Source of the DNA: Candidatus Levyibacteriota bacterium
Lineage (GTDB): Bacteria; Patescibacteriota; Microgenomatia; Levybacterales; UBA12049
Assembly (NCBI GenBank): GCA_963716145.1
Contig: OY970292.1
Location: 204,104 to 268,103, forward strand
Direction: 5' to 3'
Length of the DNA: 64,000 nucleotides
Position 1 is the first letter of the stretch; each line of letters opens with the position of its first letter. Both the position numbers and the translations under genes were made by a program. Shown piece after piece: positions 1 through 9,457 of this stretch. The notes beneath the pieces are model-generated. The model worked only from the letters and a program-made list of their open reading frames with translations, was not told where the DNA came from and made no database searches.

Positions 1-350
1 TTTGGACCTGGCGTCTCGTGCACAGGACAATACCTCCTCAGTGGCCCCGAGTAGCTTGTCAGAACAACTAAAGTATTTTTATTTACATATCCCGGCACCA
101 GATAGTCACTTACAATTTCTGAGGGAAGAGGCATTTGTGATCCCAGAAGGGACTTTATGACCATCGCGCCGTACATCGATGCTCCCATCCCGCAAAAAAC
201 TATATTTTCGATGTCTTCAAATCTTGGGATATTAAGAGCATTCACTTCTTCCCAAGCAACTTTGCATTGCGCGGCCAATTTTTCAACAGTACCCGCAGTA
301 TCCAGAGGATCAATTTTTTTAACTTCTTCTTTATTATTTAAATCAATCAT
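1..350 (-). CDS. Bifunctional phosphoglucose/phosphomannose isomerase (SIS domain), 5' part; runs off the window edge
   Basis: Hand translation from ATG at 350: MIDLNNKEEVKKIDP...IVFCGMGAS...LVVLTSYSG, then TEEVLSC in a shifted frame (1-nt loss near 44-48). Matches the GMGxS and SYSGxTEE motifs. ATGA overlap with the cupin gene. Confidence 0.8.
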   Translation of the reverse strand, partial: MIDLNNKEEVKKIDPLDTAGTVEKLAAQCKVAWEEVNALNIPRFEDIENIVFCGMGASMYGAMVIKSLLGSQMPLPSEIVSDYLVPGYVNKNTLVVLTSYSGPLRRYCPVHETPGP

Positions 351-784
351 TCTTCGCCCCTTTCTTTCTTCCGCTGCTCAGGAGTCTCATCAGGGCGCTT
401 GTAATCGTCTTCGAGCCTCCAGGTAGTGCCCATCTCAGGAGTTGATGCTTCCATCACATTACAATCAGTTACTGCTTGGTGCCGGTGGCGTTGTCCGACC
501 ATAGTAGTATAGCTAACGCCTTTCTCCATGTGGATCGTATCCAATTCGCCTTTTTGATTTTCCAAGATCAGGTCGCATTCTCCGTCCAACAGCCAGTATG
601 TTTCCTGTTTTTGGTCATGAATCTGCATAGATAGTCTTTTTCCAGCATCAATATGAAGTATCTTACCCATGTAGCTCAATCCTTCGGGCACCGAATGAAT
701 TTCATAGCCCCAAGGCTTATCGACGCGTTTCACATAAGGATTGTTGGTAAAAACAGATTTGTCTATCTTAGAAAGATCAATCAT
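347..784 (-). CDS. Cupin protein, type II mannose-6-phosphate isomerase C-terminal-like
   Basis: KPWG, LSMQIH..KQET and HRH motifs, C-terminal RLEDDY; lies between PMM and PGI/PMI. Confidence 0.75.
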   Translation of the reverse strand: MIDLSKIDKSVFTNNPYVKRVDKPWGYEIHSVPEGLSYMGKILHIDAGKRLSMQIHDQKQETYWLLDGECDLILENQKGELDTIHMEKGVSYTTMVGQRHRHQAVTDCNVMEASTPEMGTTWRLEDDYKRPDETPEQRKKERGEE

Positions 785-787
785 AGA

Positions 788-2182
788 TTAATGGCCTGTT
801 GTATCCCAGTCCTGACTTACGCTTTTAAATTTGCTTATTTTTTCTTTAAATAATTTTTGGATTTTCTCAAGCTGTTCCTGTGTTTTGGCTTCAAACCGTA
901 GAACTAGTGTGGGAGTATTGGATGAAGCACGCACCAGACCCCATCCGCCTTCCAGATAAACTCTCGCTCCGTTAATATCAACGACATTGTATCCTTCGTC
1001 CTTAAATTCTTTAACCAAGGCTTCTACAACGTTGTATTTGTCCTCGTCTGTTGTTTTTACCTGAATCGTCGGTGTTGAAACATAGTAGGGGGTTGAAGCG
1101 ATAATTTCTGAAAGCGGTTTGTCCTCTGTTGATAGATACTCCAGAATTTTAAGGGCCGCAAAAAATCCATCATCAAAACCATAAAAATCCTCAACAAAGA
1201 ATATGTGTCCGCTCATCTCCCCTGCCAGCGCTGCTTTTTCCTCTGCCAATTTTGCTTTAATATGTGAATGTCCCGTTTTCCACATAATAGGTATTCCTCC
1301 ATGCGCTTTAATATCCTCAGGCAGTGCTTCCGAAACCTTTACATCAAAGATTATTTTAGCTCCGGGATTTTTAGAAAGAACAAGGCGAGAAAGCAAGATT
1401 ATATATCTATCAGGCCAAATCGTGTTTCCTTTTTCATCAACAAGTCCCAACCGGTCAGCATCTCCATCAAATGCAAATCCAAGGTCACAACTATTCATAG
1501 TAGTTTGCTTACCCGTATCTTCCATCATGGCTGTCCCATCAGGGTTTGCTGTGTAGTTGGGGTATGTGGGATCTACATTGGTAAAGTGCTCCACTACTTC
1601 ACACCCTGCTTTCCTGAGTAGGTCTGGTGCAAAAAGGCCAGCCGTTCCATTGCCTGTGTTGACGAGAATTTTAAATTTTTTGCTGATTTTTGCCCTGGAA
1701 ATAAGGTCATCCTCATATGCCTCTTTAATTTGCGCAGTTTTGACAGTGCCTTTTCCGTCCACAAACTCCTCTTTTTCAATCAAGGAATAGACTTCATTTA
1801 TGCCTTCTGTTAAGAGAGTGGATGAATAATCGGTTCCCAGCTTAACACCATTCCACCCAGCGGGATTGTGGCTTGCCGTTACCATCATAAGACCTTTGGT
1901 TTTGAGATAATACTGTGCCCAATAGGACATAGGGGTCGTGGCTGTTCCTATATCTATTACATTTATGCCTGATTCAGTTAATCCCTTAATAGCACTGTGA
2001 TGAAAACTCTCAGAAGTCTCCCGGGCATCAAATCCGACCACGCAGTCGCTTACTCCAGCCTTGATTAGATATGTAGCAAATCCTCGGGCAATAAAGTAGA
2101 TTGATTTTTCGTTAAGTTCGTCTTCTGATTCGCGGCCCTTGAGGTCATACTCACGGAACATTGTTCTCTTAAGAATCGGCAT
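788..2182 (-). CDS. Phosphomannomutase/phosphoglucomutase
   Basis: FREYD N-terminus, TASHNP phosphoserine loop, FDGDADR metal loop, GEMSGH, VRASSN. Confidence 0.95.
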   Translation of the reverse strand: MPILKRTMFREYDLKGRESEDELNEKSIYFIARGFATYLIKAGVSDCVVGFDARETSESFHHSAIKGLTESGINVIDIGTATTPMSYWAQYYLKTKGLMMVTASHNPAGWNGVKLGTDYSSTLLTEGINEVYSLIEKEEFVDGKGTVKTAQIKEAYEDDLISRAKISKKFKILVNTGNGTAGLFAPDLLRKAGCEVVEHFTNVDPTYPNYTANPDGTAMMEDTGKQTTMNSCDLGFAFDGDADRLGLVDEKGNTIWPDRYIILLSRLVLSKNPGAKIIFDVKVSEALPEDIKAHGGIPIMWKTGHSHIKAKLAEEKAALAGEMSGHIFFVEDFYGFDDGFFAALKILEYLSTEDKPLSEIIASTPYYVSTPTIQVKTTDEDKYNVVEALVKEFKDEGYNVVDINGARVYLEGGWGLVRASSNTPTLVLRFEAKTQEQLEKIQKLFKEKISKFKSVSQDWDTTGH

Positions 2183-2192
2183 GATATCTATC

Positions 2193-2885
2193 TTAAATAT
2201 CTAAAAGGAGGAAGTCAATGGTTTGGGTGAGTGTCATGGATAAATTTCCTGTTTTCATAGCTTTTTCTATCTCAAATAGTTTACTATACAAGTTTTTTAA
2301 TTCATCAATTTCAAAAGAATCAGCTTGATTTTGTAACTTGGATTTTTGCCAGGGCGCTATTCTCTTTAGTTCCTCAATTTGATCATTGGTTTGCTCAATT
2401 AGGCCCAGTAGTATCCTGATTTGGCGTACAATCATAAAAAAAACCATTTCAGGCTCGGCAGTCTGGATAGCGTTGTGAAAAAGCTTTATCAAGCTTTTTC
2501 CATTACCCGGTTTTATATTTTCAAGAAAGACAAAGAGAGTTTGAGGGAAGTTAAATAATTTAATTATGGGGTTTTTAAAAGTATTTAAATTTGTTTTTGT
2601 AAGCTCGCTTCCTTCCCAGATAAAAATATTATTGTCAGATATATTTTTTTTAAGATAATCCGTGATTTGATCAAGTTCTTTGCTTTTTTTTCTTTTCCCA
2701 AATAACCCTTCAATAAAAAAGTTTTTCTGCTCAAAAAACAATTCCCCGCCCTCAAAAATTTGCACCAAATCCGTGATATCCACGTTTTTACCGTCAATAA
2801 TTAGTTGCTCAGGATCTTTTTGTTTAATATCGAGAAAATATTTTCGGGATGAGGCTGTGTCAGTGCCGTGAATTATAGTTATCAT
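2193..2885 (-). CDS. holA: Short DNA polymerase III delta (HolA)-like subunit
   Basis: MITIIHG start, IAPWQKSKL..QA and C-terminal IEKAMKTG as in HolA; only 230 aa. Confidence 0.65.
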   Translation of the reverse strand: MITIIHGTDTASSRKYFLDIKQKDPEQLIIDGKNVDITDLVQIFEGGELFFEQKNFFIEGLFGKRKKSKELDQITDYLKKNISDNNIFIWEGSELTKTNLNTFKNPIIKLFNFPQTLFVFLENIKPGNGKSLIKLFHNAIQTAEPEMVFFMIVRQIRILLGLIEQTNDQIEELKRIAPWQKSKLQNQADSFEIDELKNLYSKLFEIEKAMKTGNLSMTLTQTIDFLLLDI

Positions 2886-2980
2886 AAAATTTTTAATTTG
2901 AAATTTTTAATTTTCATTGAAATAAAAATGTTTAAAAATTTAAATCATTAAATATTCACTTCAAATTTTAAATTGAAAAT
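2886..2980. repeat. AT-rich ~7-nt periodic imperfect palindrome (family A, copy 1)
   Basis: Minus strand TTTTCAATTTAAAATTTGAAGTGAA...TTTAAACATT...TTCAATGAAAATTAAAAATTTCAAATTAAAAATT aligns by eye with 22315-22420. Confidence 0.6.
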
Positions 2981-3360
2981 TATTTATTAGTTTTGTCTTT
3001 GTACTCTTTATACAAGCTGTTTGCCACTTGATGAAGGTTACGACTGCGTGTACGGTGGGGTAGGAGAGCACCTGAAAAATTTTTAGGAATGTGCAATAGT
3101 TCATGGATAAGGACCTTCATCTGTGCATCGTGATCCAGCAGGTCATAATACTTTGAAAGAACTTCGATTACATAAGCTGGCTCAACCCCCAATGCCCGCT
3201 GAAAAATTTTTGGGAATGCCCAAGTTCTGGCGTACGCACGGGTTTTGGAACCTGTTGTTCTGAAGCAATGGATTTTTGATATATCAATGTAGGGAAGGTC
3301 TATTTTCCCCAAAATATTCTTCAAGTCTTTTTCTACATCTTTTGCGTCATCCCATTCCAT
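2980..3360 (-). CDS. Putative metallopeptidase (HExxH)
   Basis: AYART, YVIEV and VLIHELLHIP motifs. ATG at 3360 (MEWDDAKD) preferred over the GTG at 3396. Confidence 0.7.
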   Translation of the reverse strand: MEWDDAKDVEKDLKNILGKIDLPYIDISKIHCFRTTGSKTRAYARTWAFPKIFQRALGVEPAYVIEVLSKYYDLLDHDAQMKVLIHELLHIPKNFSGALLPHRTRSRNLHQVANSLYKEYKDKTNK

Positions 3361-3426
3361 AGTAAATAAGGGTATCACGATCAGCCGGTATATCACAAGC
3401 TAATAGGTTTTATGCTAAATAATATT

Positions 3427-4598
3427 TTATATCTTCAGCAGCCATTTGAAAACTGCTTTCAATGGTTTTGATGGTGTTATTAAGCTACTTTTTACATCCT
3501 GTTCGGAAAAGTCGCGAATTGGGGTTTGTGCATTCCCCATTTCATTTGAAGCAGAAGTTTCAGCAGCCAAAACCGTATTGGCAGGCTTTGGTTTTCCTTT
3601 AACTTTTGGGCTATTTTTCCAACTTTTATATTGTTCACTAAAGGCTTTCCGCTTGCTCCTAAGAAAGAAAATTGTTGAAAAGGACTGCTTGAGCCCTGCA
3701 GTAAAAAGGGGGTAATTGCGACGATATTGGGATCGCTCCACACAGCATTCAGTGCAGAGAGATAATAGCTAGCTGCTTGCTTATCAGAAATTTTCTCAGT
3801 AGACCAGCCTGTTTCAGTCAAGAAAACAGGCAGATTTTTCGGACTCATGGTACTTATAAGAGCTCTTTCGTACTGAAAACTATTAATGCAGGTCGTACAA
3901 TTCATTCCAGGAGGTGTTGAAAAAGCGGGGTTGGGATAAGAATGGCTGCTTAGGCCATCAACCTGGTTAAAAATTCCGGGAACTGCAGCATTCATTTGTC
4001 TCATAAAATTATACTCGTTCATGTATAAATTTGGTTGATTTGGTGCTCCGTTATCAAGTCCTGCGGATATTATGAAGAAGTCAGGGGATTTTGATTTAAA
4101 TACTGTCACAGCATAAGTTAGAATTTGAGCGTATTCCTGAGGATTAGTGCTTCCACCCCATTCGTTTCCCCTATTTACCTCATTGAAGATGATAACATAT
4201 TTGTTTTTTACCGGCCAATTTAGTGAATCAAGAAAATTGGCAAAATCCACGACATCTGTGTCTTGCGGCTTTCTCCAAACTTTTGTATTGAAATAATCGC
4301 CTTCCGTTGCCAAGCGTATTATGGGAATAACGTGGTATTTTTTCGCCGCATCCATAAAAGCTTGCCATTTCTCAACGTCCCTGTCTCCAGCTTGAATAGC
4401 AATAGTAGCATAGCCCCAGTCGCCATTAGTTGAATTTACTAACGTCGCCGCTTCCTTTAACTCATGATCAGAGAGGATGTGTATGCCTATTTTGTTGTTA
4501 GGAACACTTAACGGATTTTCCACTGCATGCGCAGCAGGTGGTGTTATAGAATAAATCCCAAACAGAGCGAACAAGCTTAAAAATAGAATTTGTTTCAT
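3427..4598 (-). CDS. Secreted clan GH-A-like glycoside hydrolase, frameshifted near 3645
   Basis: Signal peptide, FNEVN acid/base motif, HSYP, FLTETGW nucleophile motif. The C-terminus continues in ORF 3427..3741 (SEQYKSWKNSPKVKGKP). Confidence 0.7.
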
Positions 4599-4650
4599 CT
4601 AATTCCTAATTATATCACTATAATGCCAAATTTTTTGCTATCATAGAGAG

Positions 4651-5244
4651 ATGCACATATTTCTTTTCAATTTCTCCTGGATGACTCTTAACGTTGTCTT
4701 GGCCTTAATAGCGGTTATATTGGGTTATTTATTTCTTCTCACAAAAAACAAAATATTGAAGTATATTTATGCAATTTTTTGGTTACTTTTTGTACCAAAT
4801 ACAATTTACCTTGCGACTGATATAATTAATCTTATTTGGCAATGGGGGAGAATCAATGGTGAAGAAAGGATTTTATTTGCGTTTCAGTTGGTAGCGCTTC
4901 AGATTATATGTGTTATAACTTTTGTTTTAGCTCTTTATCCCTTTGAGAAGTTTATATCTGGTGCCAAATGGGCAAAAAAGAAGATAAACGCAGATTTAAT
5001 GATTATTCTGCTTAATTTTATCATCGGATTTGGTATTACCTTGGGGCGAGTTGAGAGGATAAATTCCTGGGATGCAGTCGTTGCTCCTCAGAGAGTTATT
5101 CGGGCAAGCATGCATATACTTCTTTCCCCTAATCTTTTGCTGTTGACAGCCCTTTTTTCCTTATTTTCCAGCTTATTGTATTTTGTGTTCCGTAAACCGA
5201 TCCTAAAGTATTTTAATACTTACTTATCCCGAGTTGCTGCTTGA
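4651..5244 (+). CDS. DUF1361-family membrane protein
   Basis: WLLFVPNTIYLATD and GITLGRVERINSWD motifs; multiple TM segments. Confidence 0.8.
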   Translation: MHIFLFNFSWMTLNVVLALIAVILGYLFLLTKNKILKYIYAIFWLLFVPNTIYLATDIINLIWQWGRINGEERILFAFQLVALQIICVITFVLALYPFEKFISGAKWAKKKINADLMIILLNFIIGFGITLGRVERINSWDAVVAPQRVIRASMHILLSPNLLLLTALFSLFSSLLYFVFRKPILKYFNTYLSRVAA

Positions 5245-5572
5245 TTGTTATCCAGATTTTTTGCCAGCCTGATGCTGATTGATAACTTTTATATGCTTTT
5301 TTTCTATTATCATCGTCACTTCCTTTTATTGGGGGATCTGCCCAACAAGACAATATTAGCCATTCTCCCTTTTCGTTTTTTTTGGCAACTATAGTAACTA
5401 GCGATTTGTCAATGCGTTTTTTGTATATGGTTGTTCCTGTTTCACGTCCGGGAGAAGACTCATCGGGGTTGTTAAAAGCATATCCAGCGATATCCTGCGT
5501 AAATCCACGTTCCTGCAGTCTTTGTAGGGCATGATTGGTCCAGATCGCTCCTTTATAATAAACTTGCGGCAT
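5213..5572 (-). CDS. DUF4258-like small protein
   Basis: WTNHALQRLQERG followed by a beta-rich core (WLILSCW). Start moved to MPQVYY, which follows a -10-like TATTAT. Confidence 0.55.
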   Translation of the reverse strand: MPQVYYKGAIWTNHALQRLQERGFTQDIAGYAFNNPDESSPGRETGTTIYKKRIDKSLVTIVAKKNEKGEWLILSCWADPPIKGSDDDNRKKAYKSYQSASGWQKIWITIKQQLGISKY

Positions 5573-5649
5573 ACAGTAATAATACAAGACTTGGGATTTA
5601 TTGACAAATACAGTTTATTGTTCTTAAATAAGATGAGGAGAATACTTCC

Positions 5650-6618
5650 ATGCAAACTAAAAAAAGGGCAAAACCTGTAAAATTTGGATCTACCTCAAAA
5701 GCAGCCAAGGTAAAAGAGGAAATAAAAAAAGAAGCTGAAAAAGTAATTTCAGCCAATAAAAAAGAGCAAGAGGAAGCTGAGAAAAAAGCCAGTTCTGTCC
5801 ACCCTTCAGGTTCAGAGCAGGCAAGCACATCGCAAGATAAGCCTTCGGAAACATCTCCGGATCAAGACGTTCCTAAAAATAAAGAAGAGGAAGGATATTT
5901 TTCAGCAGATATTGAGACAGTGGATATAATTGAGAGCGTTGAGCTTCAAAATGATGACAGCTCTACGCCTCAAGAATCAGACAAAAAGACAAGAGATGAA
6001 AATACCGATTCACCTTCAGAAAAAGCAGTAGAAGAGGAGCAGGTTCAAGTTTCGGATGAAAATCCGGCTGTTGAGGAAAGTAAAGAATCTCTTGTTGATA
6101 AAGATGGAGCGTTTTTTAGCACCCCGCCTGATGGTTACGCTAAGAAAAAAAGTATGCTACCCTACTTTTTTATGGTAATGTTTGCTACTTTTATATTGGG
6201 GTTGGTTTTCTTTGGAGGGATATATTATGCAATTTCCAATAAGGATAAAATTTCGTCCTTAGTCCCAAAACAGATGTCCGAACCCACAAAAGCAGCCCCA
6301 ACCGAAGTGCCCACACCCACGCCAGTTGATTTGGCAAAGTACACTGTAAAAGTACTGAATGGAACATCGGTCTCAGGAGTGGCGGCCAAGCTGAAGACCC
6401 AGTTAACTGATGCTGGCTTCAAAGTGGGAACAATTGGAAATGCTGATAAGGATACATATCCTAAAACTGAGATTGTGGCTAACAAAAAAGTAGAAAAGGC
6501 ATATTTGGATAAATTGAAAGAGATTTTGAAAAAGTCATACACTCTCGGTTCCAGCTCTGTGCTGGCATCAGGGGATGCAGATGTTGTGATCACAATTGGC
6601 AGCGCCAGCGCCAAATAG
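5650..6618 (+). CDS. Single-pass membrane protein with LytR_C domain
   Basis: Acidic disordered N-terminus, TM helix, PT linker, VKVLNGT..SGVAAKL...GF..GNAD and DVVITIG. Confidence 0.85.
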   Translation: MQTKKRAKPVKFGSTSKAAKVKEEIKKEAEKVISANKKEQEEAEKKASSVHPSGSEQASTSQDKPSETSPDQDVPKNKEEEGYFSADIETVDIIESVELQNDDSSTPQESDKKTRDENTDSPSEKAVEEEQVQVSDENPAVEESKESLVDKDGAFFSTPPDGYAKKKSMLPYFFMVMFATFILGLVFFGGIYYAISNKDKISSLVPKQMSEPTKAAPTEVPTPTPVDLAKYTVKVLNGTSVSGVAAKLKTQLTDAGFKVGTIGNADKDTYPKTEIVANKKVEKAYLDKLKEILKKSYTLGSSSVLASGDADVVITIGSASAK

Positions 6619-6697
6619 GTAATTGTTTTACCTTCAATTTGATCCTGTTTGACATCTTGACGAATTAACTATGGGGAGTGCTATACTATTTTTTCAT

Positions 6698-7075
6698 ATG
6701 GATACCTCTAAATTCACAACAAAAGAAGATCTTAAAAAAGAAATAAAAGGAGTAAAAGAAGATATTAAGGGAGTAAAAACAGAATTAAAGACTGATATAA
6801 AAACATTGAGATCAGAATTCAAAGTAGAAACCAAGTCAATACGGCGAGAAATTCTCAGAGTTGAAGAAAAAGTAGAAAATCTTGAAGAAGGTCAAAAGAG
6901 AATTGAAGACGTGCTTGGTAAAATGGCAAAAACTCTTGACGGATTTGTTGGTCGGGTTGATGATTTAACTGTTGAGAATGAAGTCGGAACCCACCAAATA
7001 AGAAAACTTCAGCTACAAGCGGAAGATCATGACAAAAGACTTGTCCAAATCGAATCTTCCAAACAAACCGTATAA
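6698..7075 (+). CDS. Coiled-coil hypothetical protein
   Basis: TKEDL plus IKGVKxx heptad repeats. ATG 6698 follows TTGACG...TGCTATACT. Confidence 0.6.
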   Translation: MDTSKFTTKEDLKKEIKGVKEDIKGVKTELKTDIKTLRSEFKVETKSIRREILRVEEKVENLEEGQKRIEDVLGKMAKTLDGFVGRVDDLTVENEVGTHQIRKLQLQAEDHDKRLVQIESSKQTV

Positions 7076-7152
7076 ATACAGTCAGGCACTGCCAACTCGA
7101 AATAATTCCTCTAACTATTTACGAAAACACACATTTATGATATAGTCTAGGC

Positions 7153-7515
7153 ATGGTAGAGCAAAATAGAGATCCAGAGAGAGAGAGAGTAGTTGATTTT
7201 GCAGGCGAACGGATGAGGAGAGTACCGATGCGCCGTGTTACAGATGATGAGTTGGACGCAAGAATGAAAGCTGTGAAAAAAGCGGCTGATGAGGAAGGAG
7301 CCAAACTTTCATCAGAAGATCGAGCAGCAGTAGACCGTTTGCATGGAACACCTGATTCATCACTAACTGAGCCCCCTCTTAATCCTCGCACAAGAGATAT
7401 ATTGCTTGACTTACTGGCACAAAAAGCTTCGGCGGAAGTTCCAGGTGCAGTCGTAAAACCTTTTCGGAAAAAGCCACAACCCGAAAGAGCACCAAAGGAT
7501 AGAAAGCCTAAATAA
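7153..7515 (+). CDS. Hypothetical charged protein
   Basis: 120-aa ORF with TATAGT 6 nt before the ATG; no recognised motif. Confidence 0.55.
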   Translation: MVEQNRDPERERVVDFAGERMRRVPMRRVTDDELDARMKAVKKAADEEGAKLSSEDRAAVDRLHGTPDSSLTEPPLNPRTRDILLDLLAQKASAEVPGAVVKPFRKKPQPERAPKDRKPK

Positions 7516-7633
7516 TTAAAATCTCATATTAAAGTAACCCCTATTTATATATTTGTTTACAAATGCTGAATCTCTTTCCCAATGCTTACAGACTTATCAC
7601 TGGTCTCTTTTGTTCTTCAGATAAAATAAATTC

Positions 7634-8062
7634 ATGTTTGGGTTAATAGTAACCATTCTTTTTGCCTTGGAAATGGCTTATTTTGCTACACAGAACACCG
7701 GTACGGTTGCACTGCGCTTTGTGAACTATGAAATAGCGGGCGTTCCAATGTATGTTGTTGTAATGAGCTCAATTCTGCTGGGAGTTATTTTATCGTGGTT
7801 TATAAATTTAATCAGCTCTGCAGCTTACTTTATGAATATCCGTTCAAAGGAAAATGTTATCCAACAGGATAGAAAGGCAATTGATGACTTGAAAAAAAGA
7901 ATGCGCGAGCTGGAAAGTGAAAATACGAGATTGCGAGGACACAAAAGAGAAGCTATATTAGAAAAAAGACAAATACCATTGCATGATGATATGAGTTACA
8001 AGCCCTCAATCTTTGAGCGGGTATTCCCAAACTCCACAAAACGCTACTCAAAACAGATCTAG
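7634..8062 (+). CDS. LapA (DUF1049)-domain membrane protein
   Basis: FATQNTGTVALRF motif, two TM helices, coiled-coil tail. Confidence 0.75.
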   Translation: MFGLIVTILFALEMAYFATQNTGTVALRFVNYEIAGVPMYVVVMSSILLGVILSWFINLISSAAYFMNIRSKENVIQQDRKAIDDLKKRMRELESENTRLRGHKREAILEKRQIPLHDDMSYKPSIFERVFPNSTKRYSKQI

Positions 8063-8094
8063 CAAAAATATCAATAATACTCAAGTTATTGCAC

Positions 8095-8122
8095 AAAAAA
8101 GCTCATCTTTCAACGAGCTTTT
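8095..8122. terminator. Probable bidirectional intrinsic terminator
   Basis: AAAAGCTC-N10-GAGCTTTT between convergent genes. Confidence 0.6.
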
Positions 8123-8140
8123 AAGAGTAATTTGTTGCAA

Positions 8141-8338
8141 TTAAGCACGTGTTACATTTTTTGCGCTTGGGCCTTTAGGACCGTCAACAATTTCAAACGT
8201 GACTGTGTCGCCAACTTGAATTTCATCAAAGGTTACACCGCTCAAATCGTTGGAATGGAAAAAAAGATCCTTTGCTTCGCCTTCACGGGCAATGAATCCA
8301 AATCCTTTGTCCGTTTTTGTTTTTACTGTTCCTTTCAT
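8141..8338 (-). CDS. Cold-shock protein
   Basis: MKGTVK..KGFGFI..DLFFH..GPKGPSAKNV; SD AAGGAG upstream. The longer ORF to 8521 reads through the tRNA and repeat. Confidence 0.95.
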   Translation of the reverse strand: MKGTVKTKTDKGFGFIAREGEAKDLFFHSNDLSGVTFDEIQVGDTVTFEIVDGPKGPSAKNVTRA

Positions 8339-8389
8339 AGTTTGCTTCTCCTTTCTATAGATTAGTATATTATACCAGAAATACCTATT

Positions 8390-8507
8390 TGTGATCCGGG
8401 CGGGATTCCCTTCGACTTTGCTCAGGATAAACTTCTCATCCCACCAGGCTTCAGCAATCTCAATACGCTTGCACTGAGCTTGCCGAAGTGTGATCCGGGC
8501 GGGATTC
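8390..8507 (-). mobile_element. 80-bp mini-element between 19-bp direct repeats of the tRNA-Lys 3' end
   Basis: TGTGATCCGGGCGGGATTC at 8390-8408 and 8489-8507. Element ends nearly identical to those at 52765-52845. Mobility is inferred. Confidence 0.75.
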
Positions 8508-8562
8508 GAACCCGCGACCAAGAGCTTAAAAGGCTCCTGCTCTACCGCTGAGCTACCGGACC
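8491..8562 (-). tRNA. tRNA-Lys(TTT)
   Basis: Cloverleaf GGTCCGG...CT-TTT-AA...TTCGAAT...CCGGATC-A; CCA not encoded. Confidence 0.95.
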
Positions 8563-8574
8563 GTTTTTACAAAA

Positions 8575-8674
8575 ACAAAAAACTAAGAACCCAGAACTCA
8601 AAACTAAGAACGCTATTTCTTGCACGTTCTAAGTCCTAAGTTCTTTGTTCTCAGTTGTCCTTTTGGGACAAGGA
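8575..8674. repeat. 7-nt periodic AGAAC/GTTCT imperfect palindrome in the tRNA-Lys leader (family B, copy 1)
   Basis: CTAAGAAC CCAGAAC TCAAAAC TAAGAAC ... GTTCTA AGTCCTA AGTTCTT TGTTCTC; similar to 53955-54045. Confidence 0.65.
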
Positions 8675-8744
8675 CATTATATCAACCATACTAACCATTG
8701 ACAAGCGAAATAATAAAGGAATAAACTGAAATTGGTTTAGATCG

Positions 8745-8771
8745 CCCGTCTTAGCTAAAGCTTCGGCGGAC
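8745..8771 (+). repeat. REP-like hairpin abutting an SD sequence (family C, copy 1)
   Basis: TAAAGCTTCGGCGGAC identical (16/16) to the minus strand at 13808-13823. Confidence 0.7.
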
Positions 8772-8792
8772 GAAGGAGGGAGGTGATACATA

Positions 8793-9455
8793 ATGGATTC
8801 TAATATCACAAACACTTTTCTTGCTTCATTGAATAAAGGTATTTATAGTACTGCGGCTTTCTTCCCCAACTTTTTAATCGGAATTGTACTTTTAATCATA
8901 GGCATTATTATAGCTTCGATCGTAAAACGGTTGTTGATTGAGCTATTTGGTGTTCTAAAAGTTGAGGTTTATTTGAAGCGTTACGGTATACCTGAGGCAA
9001 AGAAAGAATTTACGTGGACCAACATTTTGGCAGAAATTGCTAGATGGTTTGTAATTATTTTATTCTTAATCCCAACAGCTGATATTTGGGGCTTGCCACA
9101 AGTGACAGTTGTTCTTAATACATTCTTGCTTTATTTGCCAAATGTTTTCGCGGCAGCGATTATGGGGTTGGTTGGATTGGTTTTTGCGAGGCTTGCATCG
9201 GATGTAGTACTTGCATCAACCAGGACCTTATCACCCGACGCATCGCGCACAATCGCGTCAGTAACAAAAATAGCGATAACCGTATTTGTACTTCTCGCTG
9301 TTCTTAATCAACTGGGAGTAGCACAAGATTTGGTTAGGATACTATTTACCGGCGTTGTGGCGATGTTCGCGCTTGCCGGAGGAATTGCTTTCGGACTTGG
9401 AGGGCGTGACGCAGCGAAAGATGTAGTTGAAGAAGCTAGAAAAAAGCTGAAATAA
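8793..9455 (+). CDS. TM_helix-repeat membrane protein (CmpX / small mechanosensitive channel-like)
   Basis: YLPNVFAA, LNQLGVA and IAFGLGGRDAA motifs. Confidence 0.8.
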   Translation: MDSNITNTFLASLNKGIYSTAAFFPNFLIGIVLLIIGIIIASIVKRLLIELFGVLKVEVYLKRYGIPEAKKEFTWTNILAEIARWFVIILFLIPTADIWGLPQVTVVLNTFLLYLPNVFAAAIMGLVGLVFARLASDVVLASTRTLSPDASRTIASVTKIAITVFVLLAVLNQLGVAQDLVRILFTGVVAMFALAGGIAFGLGGRDAAKDVVEEARKKLK

Positions 9456-9457
9456 GC

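Noticed and set aside
8390-8507. Repeat-spacer-repeat as a mini CRISPR array (also 52746-52864)
   Set aside because: The repeats are tRNA 3' ends and differ between loci, the inserts share conserved ends, and there are no cas genes.
8339-8521. N-terminal extension of the cold-shock ORF; likewise ORF extensions at 52660-52926 and 53883-54128
   Set aside because: These are translations through tRNA genes and the mini-elements (NPARIT repeat, ILSKVEG/ILSEVEG). True starts are downstream.
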